A DNA stretch of 64,000 bases from NCBI GenBank assembly GCA_025603075.1, contig MU626273.1, positions 124,001 to 188,000 on the forward strand, given 5' to 3'. Below are positions 1 to 11,572 of this stretch, piece by piece. This stretch comes from Neoconidiobolus thromboides FSU 785. Its lineage: Eukaryota; Fungi; Entomophthoromycota. Made by a program: the position numbers and the translations under genes. The number at the start of each line of letters is the position of its first letter. Position 1 is the first letter of the stretch. The notes under the pieces were generated by a model that was not told the DNA's origin, searched no databases, and saw nothing but the letters and a program-made list of their open reading frames with translations.

Positions 1-2584
1 ATTGAGTTAATGGTCCAGAATCATGTACAAAATATTGAGATGTCAATGTATCATCGGACGTATTTGTCCATAATTTAAAGCCACTATCTGTAACATAATC
101 AGGACAAGCTATATATAAAGGTACCGGAAAACTTGAAGTAACATCTTGTCCACCAAATTGATACATAGTATCTGGATCCACACCAGCTGGATTGATTGAT
201 TTTCCATGTCGTTGTTGTGCAAAATTCGTTATATCATAAACAACACCGTACATATAAACACCTAAATCATCAGGACCTTGTAATGTTTTAATCTCTTCTG
301 GTAACCATACTTTATCTGGGGGACATAAAATTAAACCTAAACCTATATTCACAAATAATATCACAATCCAAGACCATACAATAAGTACACAAATAGCTAC
401 TTTTTCTCGCCATGCCATTTGGACATCCGGTCGATCCATTCGTCGTCGTATACAACAAGTGGGTATCCACCAAGTCATTAACCATGTAACCCTTAACCAT
501 GCTTTTCGTGCAAAAGTTAATTCTTCAACTTTGACTTGTTTTTCAACAACTTTTTCATTTTCTTTTTCAATTAAATTTTGTCTTGATATATCCTTTTCTT
601 GTATTAATGGAAAGGGTGTACTCTTATTTGTATAATTAACATTATAATCAGCTGTATTGGCAATTGAATTGTTATTATTAATATTGTTTTTTAATTGAGA
701 TTCTAATAAATAAAAGGTTGATAAGCTTAGATTAATATATTTATCATTAATTATATAATCCATATTTAAATGTAAATTAAATTGAGATAAATCGTTGTTA
801 GGTAATATTGATTGATATCGAGTATTAAATTCTTCATTTAGAAATTGAATTTTAAATTTATTAGATTGAGATTGAATTAAATTAATATTTTGAAATATAT
901 TATGAATTTCATTATTATTATTATTTAAATTATAATCAAAATGAAAATGATACCAAGTTTGATTATTGTTTAACGCTTCTAATAAGTTAATGAAACCTTG
1001 ACAATATCTTTCACTTTTTATATTTGATTTTTCAATTCTAGCTTGAAATAAAGACATATTTTTATTAGTATAATTTTTATTTTTAATATACAAATTGTTA
1101 TTTGATAGCTGAATTAATTGTAATAAATCTTCATTTAGTTGATTTTGTTGAATAAAATCTTTAGTTTCATATTCAATATTTTTTCCCAAATAATTATTTA
1201 ACATAAATTGATTATGATTGGATATTATTAATTCATTGCCTAATTTTTGACTTAATTTAATCATTAATTTATTCTCTTTATTCTTATTTTTATTTTTAAC
1301 TAAATATTCTTCACTGGATAAACTTAATTCATTAATAATTTGTATTATATTAAAATAAAGATCTGACTCATTTTCAATAATTGAATGATTTTGATGAAAA
1401 TATTGAATATATTTTAACATATTAAATTCATTAAACAATAATTCTATTTCATTATTATTATAATTACTTGTATTATTAATTAATAAATAATTTAAATGAT
1501 TAGAATATTCTTTTTTACAAATCCATTTTTGATTTAATTTAAATATTAATTGGTCAAATAGTTGAGTTATAATTGATCTTGATAATAGCAATAATCGATA
1601 ATAAATTTGGCTTTGATTTAAATAAATAGAATAATTTTGTTTTGTATTATTGATATCTTTTTTAATAATAAATTGAATCAAATCTTCTATATTAATATTT
1701 AATAAGATTGCTAAATGTTGTAATAATGAATTTTCAATTAATTGCACTCCATCGTTATCTTGTTGTATATTTAAATTCTTAAAATAGTAAGATATTGAAA
1801 TCATTTCCATAATTTTCTCCCATTCGTTTTCAAACCCCAAATTAATTAATGCTTCTTTAAAATGATGAAAATGAACTTTATTATCATGAGAGGATGAAAG
1901 CTCATTTAAATTATTCAAATCTCCTTTAATATTGTTCAATTCTTTTTCAAACCCAAATAAAATCCAATAATAAACTTCTTCTTTAATTTGGTAATTTAAT
2001 AATAAATTAACCATTCCATTGAACTTTCCTTTATTATTTAATTGTAATTGTTGTAATAAAATAACATCTTTATTGAAATCCAAGCACTGGTAAAATTGCT
2101 TAAAATTTAATAAACTTTGACTCATTTCTTTGTTTTTACTATTATTAATCAAATTAATACTTTGTTCAATACTCATAAAATAATGTTCAATTAACAATGG
2201 ACTATCTGTTCCACTATAAAAAGCAAACAATTATTAGTATATTATAATTAGTATAGAAAACAAGTTGATAAATTACCTAAAATATAAATTTTGATCTTCA
2301 CCTAATCTTCTTAAACAGAAATAAGCATTAGCTAACATTTTATAAACTGAAGGAGGTAATTGAATTTCTAAATTGAGATTCTTATAATAAATATTGAAAT
2401 AATCATTAGAATCATTATCCATATACTGCCCATTATTATTAAATGATAATAATATATTGGAATTTAAATTAAAGTTATATTCTCCATATTGACTTCTTTC
2501 TTGTACATAATCAATTATCTCTTCCATACTCATACTGTCCATCTCTCGATAACTTTCTTTTTGTTGATGTTGAATGAATTCCAT
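1..2584 (-). CDS. Chitin synthase with degenerate myosin-motor-like N-terminus and cytochrome b5-like domain (class V/VII type); runs off the left edge of the window
   Basis: Exon 1 is 2277-2584 (LPPSVYKMLANAYFCLRRLGEDQ, myosin-like). Intron 2214-2276 is GT..AG. Where I translated exon 2 it is open, and at the left end it reads ARKAWLRVTWLMTWWIP...RPDVQMAWREKVAIC then GVYMYGVVYDITNF...FGGQDVTSSFP, typical of class V/VII chitin synthases. The ORF track misses it, probably because there is no stop inside the window. Confidence 0.9.
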
Positions 2585-3728
2585 ATGAATTGAAATATTA
2601 AATTATTAATTGTTACTTTAATGATAAAAAAGAAAATGAAATATAAAGTACAATTTTAAATTGTAAGAAAATACAAAAAATAGTTACCACCCAACGGTAT
2701 TATATCCAACTATACTCTGATACCACCCATCGATACTTAAATCAAATCTTCCTATAAATACTATCAAGTTTCAGCTTACTATTTTTCTAATTTCCTACTT
2801 TAGCTGTAATTTCATAACCCTCCCCATTTTTCTCCATTATCAACCGTATGCTTTAACTGCCAAGAATATTTAAAAAAAAATGTTATTTCATTTGAAAATT
2901 CCCTTAAGTTAAATTTATTTTTATCTCTCATTTATAAAGTCCACCAATAAGCGTTGGCTTTGGATTAGTTAATTAAAAAGTAAAACTTATTTTTAGAACT
3001 AAAAGAGCACAAATTTTTAGGCTTTTCAGCAAAATCACTTTTTTTTTCAATATTGAATTTTATTAAATTATTTTTTTCTATATAAGGTTCATATTTTATT
3101 TAAAAAATTCAATTTAATATTTAATATATTTTAAAATAACATGAAGTTAAAATTTTATTTTTGTATAAATTAATCTTCTATCAATTATATAATTCCTTAA
3201 AGATCCGTAGTGAAAACTTCAACATTTTAGCCTAGTTTTCATAAACCCCAAGTTGAAGTTATTTTATCAATCGAGCCTATCTTTTAAATGTATTTTTAAA
3301 GAATAGTCAAGCTGTATTAAAAAGCCCAAAAACAAATAACTTTTTATTTAGTCTATAGCTGTTTATGTTCAAATGTGTAATATTTAAAAAAATTCTTTAA
3401 CTAATATTTGTAATTGATTTTTTTTAAAGTCTAAGGACTAAGCTTTAGCAAAATACGTTTGTAATATTATTCTTGAATAAGCAATTAACAGTGCATAATC
3501 CAACTTCGACCATTGTAAAACATAACTTGCTTCATGCTGAAACTTTTGGAAATCTTAGCACTCATCCTTGTTTAAAACTTTTAAAACAATTAAATTAAAA
3601 TACTTCTATTTTGTAACATTAGAAACTATCCTTTTTATTTTTTATAAAAAGTATCGTCATATTTCAGTAATAAAAAAATCAATAAAATATGGCATTTTTA
3701 ATTTAAAAAAGCGATAAAATTGTTTATA

Positions 3729-3751
3729 TGCGCCCACCGCGGATTGAACGC

Positions 3752-3795
<44 letters not shown>

Positions 3796-3801
3796 AGCCG
3801 C
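3729..3801 (-). tRNA. tRNA-Phe (GAA), intronless
   Basis: 73-nt cloverleaf GCGGCTATAGCTCAGTTGGGAGAGCGTCAGACTGAAGATCTGAAGGTCCCGCGTTCAATCCGCGGTGGGCGCA; identical to the copy at 9948. Confidence 0.97.
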
Positions 3802-3911
3802 CTTATTACTTGGACATTGTGATAAAAATTAGATAATATACTTTAATATCAATTTTATTGTTTAAAACTCCATCAAGTTGATAATTAGCTAAAGGTCCTG
3901 AAAATATCATA

Positions 3912-4009
3912 TGTGGATGTATCTCTTGCTTAAGAATTCTACTAGGAGATATCCTGCTCAAATAGCGCTTAAAAAATTGAAGAAGTAATAAAACTATAAA
4001 ACATCCACA
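3912..4009 (-). mobile_element. MITE-like family 1, copy A
   Basis: TIRs TGTGGATGT / ACATCCACA, core CAAATAGCGCTTAAAAAA, flanks TA / TG. Strand denotes orientation relative to the family consensus. Confidence 0.8.
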
Positions 4010-4481
4010 TGTTGATATTGTTTAAATCGGTTCTAATCACTAGAGGGTAAAGTTGTTTTTAATGGGTTGATATATTCGTAATGATGTATTTATGTAAAAT
4101 ACATAAAGTATTAGTGTGTATATTTATTTTAGCTTTTTAAATTTAAGATTCAACAGATCTAAAAAACGTGTGTTATTAAATAATATAATCCAGTTCATTG
4201 TTTTATATTAATAATAATTTATTTGATAATTATAATTAGTATGAAGTAAATAAGAGTAAAATGATTTTTTTTAAAATAGCTTATTATTTTGCTATTAAAT
4301 TTAAATTTAATGCTATATTAATAATATTTTATCTCTATTAATGAGAATTTCAATATGTTATTGCTATATTGTAATCTGTTAATTTAATTTAATAACATAC
4401 AGTCATATTTAGTTATCTCAAAGTAAATAAAATAATACACAAGCGATATAATGAGCTAATAATTATGTATTATTTGATAGA

Positions 4482-4580
4482 TGGGGCTGTTTTTTTTAGT
4501 TTTATTATTTTTCCATTTTTTAAGCGCTATTTGATTGGAAAGATTGTAGTAAAATTCTTAAATAAAAAAACACATCCCCA
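4482..4580 (+). mobile_element. MITE-like family 1, copy B
   Basis: TGGGGCTGT...TTCCATTTTTTAAGCGCTATTTGATTGGAAA...ACATCCCCA; 2-bp direct flank GA / GA. Confidence 0.85.
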
Positions 4581-4968
4581 GATCATTTAATAATTATATT
4601 GATATTTCAAACAAATAGTGAATGTGTTACAATGAACACACTAAGAAAATGAAGTTCTTGTTTTGTATGTTTTTTTATAACCTTATACTTTAAAGTAGTT
4701 AATTTAAAATAAAATTGTTATTTATTTATTAAAAATAATCCAAAATAAAGACAATTATATTATTAAATATAATAGATAAAATATTTTAAATTACACTATT
4801 TATTTAAATTTTGTTTAAAATCTACCTTCCGCTATTTATTATATCAATTTACAACTTTAAATACCTTCAAGAATAGGTAGTAAAGCTATGGATTTATGCT
4901 CAACCTTATACTTACTCAAAACACTATAAACCAAAGATCAAGAATAAACCATATTAATGGCCTAAGCA

Positions 4969-7462
4969 TTATGCAACATATATATAGACATCTCTAAAGT
5001 TAATAATTAATAACTATAATATTTAGAAACAAATTGATACTTACAATTCATCTTTTTTCCTATCCAAAAATTCTCTACTCATTAAATTATCAATTCTTGC
5101 TTTAATAACCGAAATTTCTGGTGTAAAAATGGCTTTTAATTGACCAATTACTTCTTCAATTAATTTATCATGTTTTAATCTTCTTCTCATTTTCATGATT
5201 CTTATAATAGCGGCATCAATTTGGTGATTTCGATTTTCTCGAATTTCTTCCGAAGATATCTCTTCTTGTTCAATTGTCTTTATTACTTCAGGTTTTAATT
5301 TTAAACTTGGCATAACTAATCGAAATTTAACACGAGGATGAGTAAAATTACAATTTAATGTAAATTCATCCGTATCCTGGATTTCGCCCTTTGTGTTTTT
5401 GATTAGTAATTTTTGTTTGGGATGTATTAATGTAACTAAGTTTTTTTTAAGTTCAATTTCTGGTAATTGAGTATATTCTTGGATCTCTTGATAATTGAAC
5501 TTGATCTCTTTTTCGGCTAAGTTTTGATTATACATAAGTAATATTAACATTTGTATTGTGTTCGTTATTATTTCATGTTTCTTTGTTAAATATTTTAATT
5601 CAATTTCAGCATATCCCTAAAACTGATTAATATATTATTGAATAAACAAAACAAAGGTATTACCATATTAAATAACCAAGTGATTTTTTTACTAAGGGTA
5701 TCTCGACCATTTAAAAAATTAGTAAATTTTTCCATTCCAGGTTTTAATATTTCTGGTATTTTACAATCTGGAAATATTGAAATTGGCCATAAAGAAGAAG
5801 TTAATAAAGTAGGTTGAACAATGGGATCTGTATTAGTTAAAAATTCATTATGAATAATAGCTGCTTTTTCTAAGTCTCTCAACATGGATTTAATTTTCTT
5901 AGTAAAGAAAGCACCACATTCGGATTCCAATTTATTTGAAAATTGTAGTTCATAAGTCATATTATCGATATATTTAGGACTATTAATCGGCCTTGATACA
6001 TGTAATAACCTCCTCGTTAATGATTCTCTATAATAAGTTTCAAATATATCTTTACTTTTTAAATATCGAAATAATTTTAAACTATTGTCTTGTGTTAACT
6101 CCATATCTAATTCATCACTTGCACTTGGATGTTTTTTGTTAAATTGTTCATCTAAATAAATTGTCAAATATTCTGGTAATCTTTTAAATTTGGTAAATTC
6201 TTCAGAAAAGGAAGTGGCGGATGTTTCTTGAAATTGTTTGTCTGATTTTAATCCTTGTAAATGAATTTGATCCCATTTATTCTTTAATTGTATTAACATC
6301 GTAATTAAACTATTAGCTGCTTGAACTTTATTTTTGCTATCACTAATAGAATCCTGAATCATATTACATTGATAATTTATAAATCTTTTAATGCCTTTTT
6401 TTAAGCCATCAAAATAATGACTTTCTTTACAAAGGTCAATAAAGTTATATAGTAATTTGATTTCATTGTATTTATCATTATTTAACATATACAATATTCC
6501 GCTTTCTTGATCTTCACAAATTTCTTCTAATTTTGGTAAAAAAGCGCTATCAAGTAAGATCTTAGATACTTTTCCAAATGGTATCATTGTCATCTGTTCA
6601 CAATTTCTTTCATGTTCTTCTTTCATATATTTTTTAATCTAAAACAAATATTAAATATTGAATATTATAAATAAATGAAAACTATTACATCTAATAAGAT
6701 TGCCGATTTATCTTTAAATTGCCTATTTTCAAATAATTGAGTGTAATGTTTTTTAGTTTCATCAAGAAATGGGGTTTCCAAAATTGTTTTAAAATGAAGT
6801 TGATTAATCATATTAAACATATTAAACGAATTTCTAATTAAACTTTGATCAACTCTATTTCCATTTCTTTCCAATTCAATTTGTTCTAATACAGCATAAG
6901 AAAAATACTTTTTAACTAAACCATCACCAGCAGATAATATTTTGGTATAAAATAATTCCAAGCAAGATTCATAAATAGTATTATTTTTAGTTTGTAGTTT
7001 AATTAAATACTGATCCAAAACCTTTAAAATAACAGAAATGGGTGGCAATGCAGCTAAATGAATTCCCCATATCTTTATTAATTTTGTCAAAAATTCTTTA
7101 CCAATATCTGGACTTGATTCTAAATTAAATTTAGGGTCTTTTAATTGATGTTTAAAAGCTTGAATCACATTAGAATCAATCAATGGCATTAACTCCTCTC
7201 CTGCAACTTCCGCTAAACAATTAGTCACTTGTGATTTAACATTATCAAACAATTTTTCACTTAAATTAGTTCTTACTAAATAATAAGCGTTCCTGTAACA
7301 TTCTTCAAAACTTAATTGACTTTTACGTTGCTGGTAAATATCTTTTATAGCTTGTCGTATAACTTCAATTGATTTTTGGTTGTCCTTTTCATTCCTTTTA
7401 GAGTGCGAGAAGCCTCGGATTTTCTTCTTAGTATGCTCTTTTTTGGGATCTGGTGTTTTCAT
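4969..7462 (-). CDS. CUL3: Cullin-3-like scaffold (multi-exon)
   Basis: N-terminal LSFEECYRNAYYLV, cullin homology domain (KDIFETYYRESLTRRLL, PTLLTSSLWP), neddylation motif IDAAIIRIMK. A short last exon after a GTAAGT intron gives DVYIYVA-stop at 4969-4971. Confidence 0.9.
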
Positions 7463-7734
7463 TTATAATAAACTAAAAGCTTGTTTTGAATTTTTCTGAA
7501 TTTTTTTAGCTATAGTAGTTAAAGTTGCATTTATTCTTACTCTATCATGCATGTTTATTGGTTACAATCTAATTAGGTAAGTGAGTAAAGTTATTTACTA
7601 CGTTTGAAGCTACTGAAGGGATATAAATAGAAATACAAAGCAATAAAAATATCTCATTAAGCTATACTATTTAACTAAATTTTAATATTGTGATTGACAA
7701 TTAGTAAGTAGTTTTCAAATAAAATTTAATACAG

Positions 7735-7775
7735 GTTTGGATAAAACTTGTCAAGCCAATCAATTTTATCCAAAC
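7735..7775. repeat. 12-bp perfect inverted repeat in a divergent promoter
   Basis: GTTTGGATAAAA (7735-7746) and TTTTATCCAAAC (7764-7775), 17-nt spacer. Confidence 0.75.
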
Positions 7776-7822
7776 ACAAGTAAAACTTATAAATTTAATG
7801 TCAAGTTGAAATCCATTTTCAA

Positions 7823-8205
7823 ATGTTTTTATTTATAGGTAACTTCATCTCAGTAATATAACCAACAAAGTAGCTAACTAATCACCAGGAGGACTAAAAT
7901 CGGCTTTGCGAAAAGTGAGTCCGAGGGTATATGAGTGTCCCAGTTGTTTAACGAAGAAGGCTTATATTGTAAGAGAAGATACCACTTTTTATTTCTTTTT
8001 TCTGCCCATTTATTCATGGTCTTCAGGCAATAAACCTTACTATAAATGTTTTAATGATCTTTGTGATTGGAGTAATTATGAGCTTAGGTTAAACGAAGAT
8101 CAGTTGGAACAGAGGAGAAAGCTATATTGTAAAATGTGTCGGTACAGATTCGATAATGAAGAGTACAGGTTTTGTCCTTTGTGTGGTGAGCAGAGAACAT
8201 CCTAA
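7823..8205 (+). CDS. Small double zinc-ribbon protein (zinc_ribbon_15 / UPF0768-like)
   Basis: ATG at 7823 and intron 7839-7888 (GT, GCTAAC branch point, CAG) give MFLFIGGLKSALRKVSPRVYECPSC...FFFLPIY...C..C...CKMC...CPLCG. Confidence 0.75.
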
Positions 8206-8351
8206 TTAAGATTGACTTATTCTATTTTTTTGATAATAAAAAACAACTCCAAATATAAAGCATATATAAGGTTTTAAACTTTTATTAGATATTAAAAATT
8301 GAATTAATTTTTATAAAATTTACAAAATAAAGAATATAGTATTGTAATTAA

Positions 8352-9485
8352 CTAAAATTTAAAGTTTAAGAGTTGCGATTTACCCTTTAAAAGATTAGGA
8401 AATTTGACTAACAAAATAATTAACGCCACAATAGCTAAAAGAAAATAAATCACCAAAGTCACTTGAAATATAATCCTCCAACGTAAGTGAATTGGAGTAG
8501 GTAAAAGATCCTTACGAGATCTAGCTAATTTGTATTGAGTTACACCAAGGCCGATAATTAAAAATGGGAATAATATTAAACCAGCTAAAAACATCATCAC
8601 ATATAAAAATTCCGTACAGCAAGTACTTCTTTTTTTAGCTGGTTTTTGAAAGCTATGAACAGACTCATTTTGATATAAAGATAGATCTAAATGGGATTGA
8701 AACAACAATGGTGTTTCAAAAGCTTTCATTGCTGAGCGTGGAGTAGTACCACGAGAATATAAAGTATCTTCAGTGCTTTGAGTGGAAGTACTTTTACCAG
8801 ATTCGCTTTTAGCCGATGAAATAGGACTAATATTTTGTATTTTAGAGCTATAAGTCTCATGAATATTACTCACACTATCGGCAATAGGACGAGCGTTTTT
8901 GTGGGTGGGGGGTACTCTTAATTTTGGTACCATGAGGATTGCTTTTGGTTTAGGTATATTCTTTTTTCGGCTAATGGACCGGTTTAAGATACTTTTTCTT
9001 CTTAGAGAATTGTTCCGTGAGCCACTTCGATTGTTTTTAACTGATATTGCATATGTACTCTTTTCTTTATTTGGTGGCATCCTTTTAGATTGATAGATAT
9101 TAGAACTTGTATTCAATAGTTGCTGATGCTGACCTCTACTCATTGGAGGTTGATAAAATTGAGTTTTACTTACTAATGGTAAATAAGTATGTGCCATATT
9201 ATTATGATACATTGGTTTCAATCTGGGATTCATTCTTGCTTGTAGAGGCGGGGGATAATAATTATTCGCCATAGGTTTATTTGGTAACTCTAAAGTAGAA
9301 TAAGAAGGATAAAACCTTCGAGGCTGAGGATGTGAAGCAGGCTTAAGATTGTTCTTTAATAAACGAGAATTGCTTTTATTTCTAAGTGTTAATTGACTGA
9401 TAGGTATCTCATCTTCTTCTTCTTCAACATCTTCATATATTGTTTTGGAACTTTTAACAGGTCGAATGTTATAGCGGCTTGGCAT
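8352..9485 (-). CDS. Hypothetical membrane protein: long disordered P/S/R-rich N-terminus, CC motif, two C-terminal TM helices
   Basis: 377-aa intronless ORF; STCCTEFLYVMMFLAGLILFPFLIIGLG and IIFQVTLVIYFLLAIVALIILLV. Confidence 0.7.
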   Translation of the reverse strand: MPSRYNIRPVKSSKTIYEDVEEEEDEIPISQLTLRNKSNSRLLKNNLKPASHPQPRRFYPSYSTLELPNKPMANNYYPPPLQARMNPRLKPMYHNNMAHTYLPLVSKTQFYQPPMSRGQHQQLLNTSSNIYQSKRMPPNKEKSTYAISVKNNRSGSRNNSLRRKSILNRSISRKKNIPKPKAILMVPKLRVPPTHKNARPIADSVSNIHETYSSKIQNISPISSAKSESGKSTSTQSTEDTLYSRGTTPRSAMKAFETPLLFQSHLDLSLYQNESVHSFQKPAKKRSTCCTEFLYVMMFLAGLILFPFLIIGLGVTQYKLARSRKDLLPTPIHLRWRIIFQVTLVIYFLLAIVALIILLVKFPNLLKGKSQLLNFKF

Positions 9486-9947
9486 TGTTTTTTAATAAAT
9501 TACTTAAAAGAATAGAATGTAGAATTAATATTTACAATTGAAAGATTAAAGCTCAACTTAGGGATCTAACTAGAGATAAAAATTACTATATTAAACTTAA
9601 TTATGTATTTTATTAGTCTACTTTCACTTCTATCTTTCAAGGTTTAGTGAAAATGATTGTAAATGAAACGTTTGATAAAATTTAGATTTTTAGTGTCGTA
9701 AAGCCAATTCAAGTAAATTGCATGTTTTAGATTTTACTGGTATTTCTAATAAAATCTTTTATGTTTTACTAGCGTTTATAGCCAAAACTATTATAAAAAT
9801 TATTTTAAACAATTTACTTATTAGTAGTAACATAAAAGTATAAGTATATATTTCATAAAAAATTACAACTTTATAAACTTACCATACAAATAATAGGCTA
9901 AGGTCGAAAAATATATATTAAAATGCTTCCGGATTAAATAAGAAAAT

Positions 9948-9953
9948 GCGGCT

Positions 9954-9997
<44 letters not shown>

Positions 9998-10020
9998 GCG
10001 TTCAATCCGCGGTGGGCGCA
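9948..10020 (+). tRNA. tRNA-Phe (GAA), intronless
   Basis: 73-nt cloverleaf identical to the copy at 3729-3801; anticodon loop CTGAAGA. Confidence 0.97.
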
Positions 10021-10636
10021 TGAACCATAAAGTTTTGGTATTCGATTTTTAGAAGTCACTTAATATTTTATGCAGCATTATATAACTGTTCGAGCAAGCC
10101 TCTTGTGGTATCTGTTATGAATTAAAAGCCTACTTTTTATTTTTGCTTAATATCAGAATTCAATAGTAGTTCTAAAAAAAGATCGGGGATTTGAGAATAA
10201 GATCATAAAAAAGGTTATTTAAACAAGAACTTTGATATATTGTTTATTAATGACTTTATTTTATTAAAGATTCCCAATAAAATTCTTTAACTTCTGATAT
10301 AAAAATAAGATCAAAAACATCCAAATGATAGAAAATGGCAGTATGATTTAAACTCATTTATTTTGTTCTATAAATTTGATTTGAAATTAACTTATAAGGT
10401 AAATAAAAAAAATGGCAAGGATGTATAAAATTTGATAAAAATTGGAGTTGATTTTTTATCTTTTTAAAAAAATGCCAATCAAATGAAGTTATTACGCATT
10501 CGATTGGATAGACACTTCAATGTTGGGCAGAAAATTTTAATTCCTATAATAAATATAATTAATAAATTAAAAATAATATAATTAATCGATAAAATGAATC
10601 ACAATTATGGTTAATGGAACATGTAATACAGAGAAT

Positions 10637-10650
10637 GAGTATATATACTC
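10637..10650 (+). promoter_or_regulatory. Probable TATA element (palindrome GAGTATATATACTC) of the 10715 gene
   Basis: About 65-75 bp upstream of the ATG. A similar GTATATA motif lies about 56-60 bp upstream of the 18040 and 19319 start codons. Confidence 0.45.
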
Positions 10651-10714
10651 TAAAAAAGTCACAATATTTATAGCAAAAAATTCAATTTATTTTTGACAAA
10701 TAAAACTACTCATT

Positions 10715-11188
10715 ATGAAATTTGCCATTGCATTACCCATTGCCTTACTTTTCCTTGGTTCAATTCAAGCTGAAGAACAAACCAACAGCATCAGAGGCAT
10801 CAAAGAATCTTTTAAAAACTTTGGAAAAAAAGTGATTGGTGCTGTAGGTAAAGAAACCGCCACTTACGTTTCTGAAAAAGCACACCAATTCCTTGGTGGA
10901 GCTGGCAATGCTAATCAAACTCCTCCTCCAGTAGTTGCTAGATCTCAAGAACTCGATACCCGTGGTAAGAAGAATAAGAAGAAGAAGAATAAGAAGAATA
11001 AGAAGAAGAATAAGAAAAACAAGAACAAGGGTGTTAACCCAATTCCTGAAACTGTTCAACCTGAAACTACAGCTCCTGAAACTGTCCAACCTGAAACTTC
11101 AGTCACTGAAGCTACCCCTGGAGCTGTTACTGCTGCCGTAAAACGTGGGCTTTCATTAGCTTTGTCACAAATTAATGATATGATTTGA
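10715..11188 (+). CDS. Small secreted precursor-like protein 1 (cationic amphipathic helix, poly-K/N tract, PET repeats, KR site)
   Basis: Signal peptide MKFAIALPIALLFLGSIQA; R|GIKESFKNFGKKVIGAVGK; ELDTR|GKKNKKKKNKKNKKKNKKNKNKG; VKR|GLSLALSQINDMI. Confidence 0.8.
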   Translation: MKFAIALPIALLFLGSIQAEEQTNSIRGIKESFKNFGKKVIGAVGKETATYVSEKAHQFLGGAGNANQTPPPVVARSQELDTRGKKNKKKKNKKNKKKNKKNKNKGVNPIPETVQPETTAPETVQPETSVTEATPGAVTAAVKRGLSLALSQINDMI

Positions 11189-11572
11189 ACATTCAATAAA
11201 TTACTAACTTAATCTTTTAATCAGTTTGTAAATTTTTGTTTTTTATTTTTTACAAAAAATGTGACATAAGCTAGCAAGTGTTTATATTAATTTAATGTTT
11301 TAGTCAATTTTTATCAAATTTTTTATCTAGTTTCAAAAGTCAAATAAAAATACTCTAAGCTTAAATTGCTAAAAAAAATTAAGACTGAGAGCCAAATACA
11401 CCTCTAATACTATTGTAGTATTAGGATATACAACAATGCATTTACTCTTGTTATACTCCGAATTATATACACATAAAAAAACTTGTCAAAAAACATTGCC
11501 TAGTATTTCGAGTTATGTCCATTATCAATATTTCTAAACTTTTAAAGTAAATGTGTAAGCAAAAATTATTAT

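Noticed and set aside
312-500. 62-aa ORF-track entry on the minus strand
   Set aside because: Out-of-frame shadow inside the chitin synthase exon; the real frame reads AWLRVTWLMTWWIP.
8899-11141. ORFs 8899-9093+, 10760-11089- and 10935-11141+
   Set aside because: Antisense or frame-shifted shadows of better supported genes; the Arg/Ile or Leu/Ile runs come from the AAG/AAT tract.
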